NCBI GenBank assembly: GCA_947259075.1 | Contig: CAMYKQ010000015.1 | Span: forward strand, 4,792-68,791 | DNA length: 64,000 nucleotides | Reading direction: 5' to 3' | Source: an uncultured Gammaproteobacteria bacterium | Lineage (GTDB): Bacteria > Pseudomonadota > Gammaproteobacteria > DRLM01 | Part shown: piece by piece, positions 57,872 through 64,000 of the stretch | Position numbering within the stretch: position 1 is the first letter of the stretch | How the letters are laid out: every line of letters begins with the position of its first letter | Made by a program: the position numbers and the translations under genes | The notes under the pieces: generated by a model | Databases searched by the model: none | What the model was told of the DNA's origin: nothing | Seen by the model: the letters and a program-made list of their open reading frames with translations, nothing else

Positions 57872-59440
57872 ATGCATGCCGTGACGCAATCGCCCGGCCA
57901 GCGCCTCGCCGTTTTTTTGAGCGGTGGCCGGCGCGGTGACTTTCTCGCCTTGGCGGCGGGCGGCGTATTGCCGCTGGCCTTCGCGCCCTTTCATTTATTT
58001 TTGCTGGCGCCGTTATCGCTGGCCTGCCTGTTTGCATTGTGGCTGAACGTTGCGCCGCGCCGCGCCTTTTGGCGCGGTTATCTCTACGGTGCCGGCATGT
58101 TCGGGGTGGGCGTCAGTTGGGTGTTCGTCAGCATGTACGACAATGGCGGTGTCGGGCTGGCGCTCTCGCTGTTGCTTACCTCTGTATTTATTTTGTTTCT
58201 TTCGCTGTTTCCGGGCCTGCTCGCTTACGGTCTTGCGCGCGTCTTTCCGCAGGCCGCGCCGGGGGCGCAAAACCTCAAATTAGCGCTGCTGTTTCCCGCG
58301 GCGTGGGTGTTATGGGAATGGGTGCGCGGCTGGTTTTTCACCGGCTTTCCTTGGCTGGTGGCGGGTTACAGTCAGATCGATGGGCCTCTCGCCGCGGCCG
58401 CTCCCGTGTTGGGTGTATATGGCGTGTCGCTCGCCGTGGCCTTGAGCGCGGCTTGGCTGGTGTTGCTGTTGCGTGCCGCCGGCGCGTGGCGCTATGGCGC
58501 CGCGCTGGGGGTGCTGTTGTTGTGGGGCGGCGCGGCGGTCTTGAATTCCGTGTCGTGGGTGCAGCCCGCGGGCGCGCCGTTGAAGGTCAGTTTGTTGCAG
58601 GGGAATATCCCGCAGGATTTGAAATGGCTGTGGGATTTGCGCGACCCGACCATGGAGCTGTACGCCGCGCTGACCCGCGAGAGTTGGGACAGCGATCTTA
58701 TCGTCTGGCCCGAATCGGCGGTGCCCGCGCTGTATCACGACGTCGAGGATTTTTTCGACGGGCTCGCCGTCGAGGCCAATGAGCACGGCAGCGCCTTATT
58801 GATCGGCGTGATCTATCAAGAGCGCGATGACGGACCTTATTACAACAGCGTGGCGAGCGTGGGCGGGCCGGAACCGCGGCAGTTTTATCACAAGCGGCAT
58901 CTGGTGCCCTTCACCGAATATCTGCCGCTAGAGAGTCTGCTGGGCGGTATCGTCAAATTCATGCAAGTGCCGATGTCGGATTTCAGCGCCGGCCACAGCG
59001 CCGCGCCCTTGGCGGTGGCGGGGCAGCGCGCGGGGGTTTCCATTTGTTACGAAGACGCCTTTGGCGAGGAGAATATTGAAGCGTTGCCCGAGGCGACTTT
59101 GCTGGTGAATGTCACCAACGACGCCTGGTTCGGCCATTCCATCGCGCCGCAACAACATTTGCAAATGGCGCGCATGCGCGCGCTGGAAGCCGGGCGGCCT
59201 ATGTTGCGCGCGACGAATACGGGTCTCACCGCGGTGATGGATGAGCGGGGCCGGGTACAATCGCGCGCGCCGCAATTCGAGGTCTTCGCGTTGCATGACA
59301 CCGTGCAACCCATGCAGGGCATGACGCCTTACGCGCGTTACGGTAATGCAGCGCTGGTGACGCTGATATTAGTTTTGCTCGCGGCTGGCGGTTTGCCGTT
59401 GTGGCGCATGAAAACAGCGGGGCCGGCCGCAAAAGGCTGA
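57872..59440 (+). CDS. lnt: Apolipoprotein N-acyltransferase
   Basis: N-terminal polytopic domain and a nitrilase-like domain (WPESA, ICYEDAF). Confidence 0.92.
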   Translation: MHAVTQSPGQRLAVFLSGGRRGDFLALAAGGVLPLAFAPFHLFLLAPLSLACLFALWLNVAPRRAFWRGYLYGAGMFGVGVSWVFVSMYDNGGVGLALSLLLTSVFILFLSLFPGLLAYGLARVFPQAAPGAQNLKLALLFPAAWVLWEWVRGWFFTGFPWLVAGYSQIDGPLAAAAPVLGVYGVSLAVALSAAWLVLLLRAAGAWRYGAALGVLLLWGGAAVLNSVSWVQPAGAPLKVSLLQGNIPQDLKWLWDLRDPTMELYAALTRESWDSDLIVWPESAVPALYHDVEDFFDGLAVEANEHGSALLIGVIYQERDDGPYYNSVASVGGPEPRQFYHKRHLVPFTEYLPLESLLGGIVKFMQVPMSDFSAGHSAAPLAVAGQRAGVSICYEDAFGEENIEALPEATLLVNVTNDAWFGHSIAPQQHLQMARMRALEAGRPMLRATNTGLTAVMDERGRVQSRAPQFEVFALHDTVQPMQGMTPYARYGNAALVTLILVLLAAGGLPLWRMKTAGPAAKG

Positions 59441-59530
59441 ATACGGTCTGGCGCGCCCGCCGTGGTTGATGAGCTGTCTTCGCCGTTAATCAATCGCGCC
59501 GCGAGCGGCTGTAATCAGGCTTGCGCGATG

Positions 59531-59549
59531 CCGGCTTCAGTGAAGCCGG
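59531..59549. terminator. Hairpin between convergent lnt and the PEP-CTERM gene
   Basis: CCGGCTTC-AGT-GAAGCCGG, an 8-bp stem. Confidence 0.4.
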
Positions 59550-59603
59550 TATCCTCCGGCCGATGTTTCTTCGTTTGAGTTTCTTTGCCGTGACATCGCC
59601 GTT

Positions 59604-60611
59604 TCAGTGTGCGGTTTGATGTCCTTCGTTTCTTGGTCTGCGCCGCAGGCCGGCCAGGGACAGCAAGCCGAGACCCATCAAGGCCAGGGTGGCGGGCGCG
59701 GGCACGGGATTGGAACCGGCGCCGCTCAAGGGGGCGACATCGTCCAAGGAGGCGGCGAGGAAGGGCGCGGCAAAGAAGTTGCCGGCGCCAGCCACTAAAC
59801 CAGTGGCCGAATAATCCATGAAGAACAATACACCGGTGTTGCTCGCGGCGAATAAATTGCCCTTGCCGTCCACGGTGCCTTGATCGAGCGCAAGACCTAA
59901 ACCGAGGGTGCTGAGATCGAGGTCCGAGACGATGGTCAGCGTCGTGGTATCGATCTGCGTGACATGATTATCGCCGAACAAAATCAAGTCGCCGGTGAAA
60001 GGATCGAAGGCCATGCCGTGCGCGGCGGCCACGCCGGTCATTAACGAGGTGGTGGTGAAGGTGGTGAGATCAATCGTGCCGAAGCTGCCGAAGCCGCCGG
60101 AGCCGCTGGCGGTGTAATAAGCCGTGCCGCCGGCATCGAAGGCGATGGTGGTGATGGCCGTGTCATCCCCGCTCAAGGCGTGGGCCGTGCCGCCGGCGAA
60201 GGGGGTTAAGGGGATTTCCGCGAGCGCGCCGGGTATGCCGGCAGACCATACCTTCGTGCCGCTGGGATCCAGCATGACGTGAAAGGACGCCGTGCCGCCT
60301 GCGCCCACGGTGCTGTGTCCCGAGCCGTCGGTTTTGACTTTATGCACCCGATCACCTTGGCCGCCCACGATTAAATCACCGTCGGGCGCGAAGATGATGC
60401 CGTCGGCGCCGAAGGTGCTGTCGATATTGACGACAGAGCCGAGGGCGAAGGTGGAGACACCGTCGTAACTGTAAGAGACTTTGTTGACGTTGGTGCCGCC
60501 GGAGAAGGTGGTGAAAAACAAGGTGCCGGTGACGGCAACGGCTTGAACGCTGCCACTGTATACGGCGCTGGTTGCGAGTAGCGCCAGGCAGGCGCGGGCG
60601 TACCATTTCAT
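59604..60611 (-). CDS. Secreted repeat (beta-propeller-like) protein with a PEP-CTERM sorting signal
   Basis: Signal peptide. C-terminal VPAPATLALMGLGLLSLAGLRRRP, i.e. a PEP-like motif, a TM helix and an Arg cluster. Confidence 0.8.
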   Translation of the reverse strand: MKWYARACLALLATSAVYSGSVQAVAVTGTLFFTTFSGGTNVNKVSYSYDGVSTFALGSVVNIDSTFGADGIIFAPDGDLIVGGQGDRVHKVKTDGSGHSTVGAGGTASFHVMLDPSGTKVWSAGIPGALAEIPLTPFAGGTAHALSGDDTAITTIAFDAGGTAYYTASGSGGFGSFGTIDLTTFTTTSLMTGVAAAHGMAFDPFTGDLILFGDNHVTQIDTTTLTIVSDLDLSTLGLGLALDQGTVDGKGNLFAASNTGVLFFMDYSATGLVAGAGNFFAAPFLAASLDDVAPLSGAGSNPVPAPATLALMGLGLLSLAGLRRRPRNEGHQTAH

Positions 60612-60662
60612 ATCGACTCCCTCCTTAGATGAAGCGCCGTGTGTGCGCGCCCGTAATTCGGA

Positions 60663-60679
60663 TGCAAGCTACTTGCCGG
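60663..60679 (-). promoter_or_regulatory. Candidate sigma-54 promoter of the PEP-CTERM gene
   Basis: The minus strand reads CCGGCAAGTAGCTTGCA. The -12 TTGCA is perfect and GG is at the correct spacing. Predicted +1 is near 60652. A 17-bp palindrome GATGCTT-ATA-AAGCATC lies at 60704-60720. Confidence 0.4.
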
Positions 60680-60831
60680 TCTGGCGGTGGCGATAGCAAT
60701 TCAGATGCTTATAAAGCATCAGTAAAAGACGATATGCGGAACTGTAAAAAATATCGACGTTGCCGCCGCTCAATAGCCTGTTGCGCGCTGTTACGCACGG
60801 GAGCAATACCCGCCGGCGGCGTTAGGTGAAT

Positions 60832-61356
60832 TTAGCCGCCGCTCCGCCGGCGTGTGAACACGCCGTGATGGCATTTGGGGCAGGGCGGAATATGGCCGGT
60901 GTGATGGAAGTGCAACAGTTCGCCGCACTGGACGCATTGCAGCGTGCCCACGGTGGTGATTTCACCGCTGTGATATTCCGCGGCGCGCTGGGCGCGTTGC
61001 GCGAGTTGCAACAGCGCCAGCTTGGTTTGATCGGCGGCGCTGCTGAACATGTCCAGCAGGCGGTCTTCGATCAGCGCCATGTCGAAGTGAAACCAGTGCT
61101 TGAGTTCGTCGCCGGTCTCGGCCAGATAGTCGCCGGCATCTTCGAGGTCGCGGCGCAAATAGGCGCCGATCAGTTCCGCTTCGTCACGCGTCAGCTCTCC
61201 GAGTTCCACGGCGGTGTCCTTGGCCTTGTCGATGCTGGACTTCAGCAGCGGCACGGTGGTTTGCCCGGTTTTTTCCAGCAACTCCGTGACCCGCTGCATC
61301 ATTTTGTTGTAGCCGTGGACTCGTTTCTCGCCTTGACTGGGGGTGTGTTGCGTCAT
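60832..61356 (-). CDS. DUF1451 zinc-ribbon protein (YbeL-like)
   Basis: Helical N-terminus and a C-terminal CVQCG...CPKCH zinc ribbon. Confidence 0.8.
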   Translation of the reverse strand: MTQHTPSQGEKRVHGYNKMMQRVTELLEKTGQTTVPLLKSSIDKAKDTAVELGELTRDEAELIGAYLRRDLEDAGDYLAETGDELKHWFHFDMALIEDRLLDMFSSAADQTKLALLQLAQRAQRAAEYHSGEITTVGTLQCVQCGELLHFHHTGHIPPCPKCHHGVFTRRRSGG

Positions 61357-61524
61357 GATGGCTATCCTTCCGGAGTGATGCGTCTCTGGCTAGTGTGACG
61401 CAAAAGCCCCCAGGTTTAAAAGCGCCGGGATTGTTTTGAACTATAGTTGATAGAGTCCGTGCCCCAAGGCGAGCGGCTGCCGGGGCGCCGTTAACCCGCC
61501 GGGATGCGGGGGAGGGTGAATGAT

Positions 61525-64000
<2,476 letters not shown>

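Overview
High-GC proteobacterial (probably gammaproteobacterial) chromosomal segment, densely packed with core genes on both strands. Recognisable blocks are miaB-ybeZ(phoH-like)-ybeY-corC-lnt, a ybeL-like gene with leuS at the right edge, a lexA-sulA SOS operon, amt, purT, folE, hslO, slt, iscR, apaG, grxC/arsC, rsmJ/slyX/suhB-like, chrA, a P-type cation ATPase and an NdvB-like GH17-GT2 glucan synthase. There are two two-component modules: an OmpR-type RR/HK pair, and a HK-REC-REC/PAS/GGDEF/EAL operon. I see no rRNA, tRNA, CRISPR array, IS element, prophage or recognisable defence island, so I cannot honestly point to a large novel multi-gene system. The best leads are regulatory and small-scale. 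(1) An unannotated locus at 10.6-11.0 kb has a near-consensus sigma-54 promoter, upstream dyad sites, about 160 nt with no ORF, and a strand-specific intrinsic terminator, which fits a sigma-54-dependent sRNA. (2) A 15-nt operator-like direct repeat (GGCTGAAT-N5-CTGAACG) occurs twice. It lies upstream of a His-rich glycine-zipper envelope protein and of a periplasmic cytochrome c, beside an RR/HK operon that also carries a Met/His-rich secreted protein, suggesting a metal or envelope-stress regulon. (3) Further sigma-54 promoter candidates sit in front of amt, a PEP-CTERM protein gene and a small hypothetical gene. (4) An EAL phosphodiesterase carries a complete CZB zinc-sensor motif. (5) An orphan GAF-GspE ATPase, an orphan IscR with its own operator, a MITE-like inverted-repeat element and an array of five hairpins are also noted. 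Many long ORFs on the track are antisense GC artefacts or N-terminal over-extensions and were trimmed or rejected. leuS at the right edge is missing from the ORF track.
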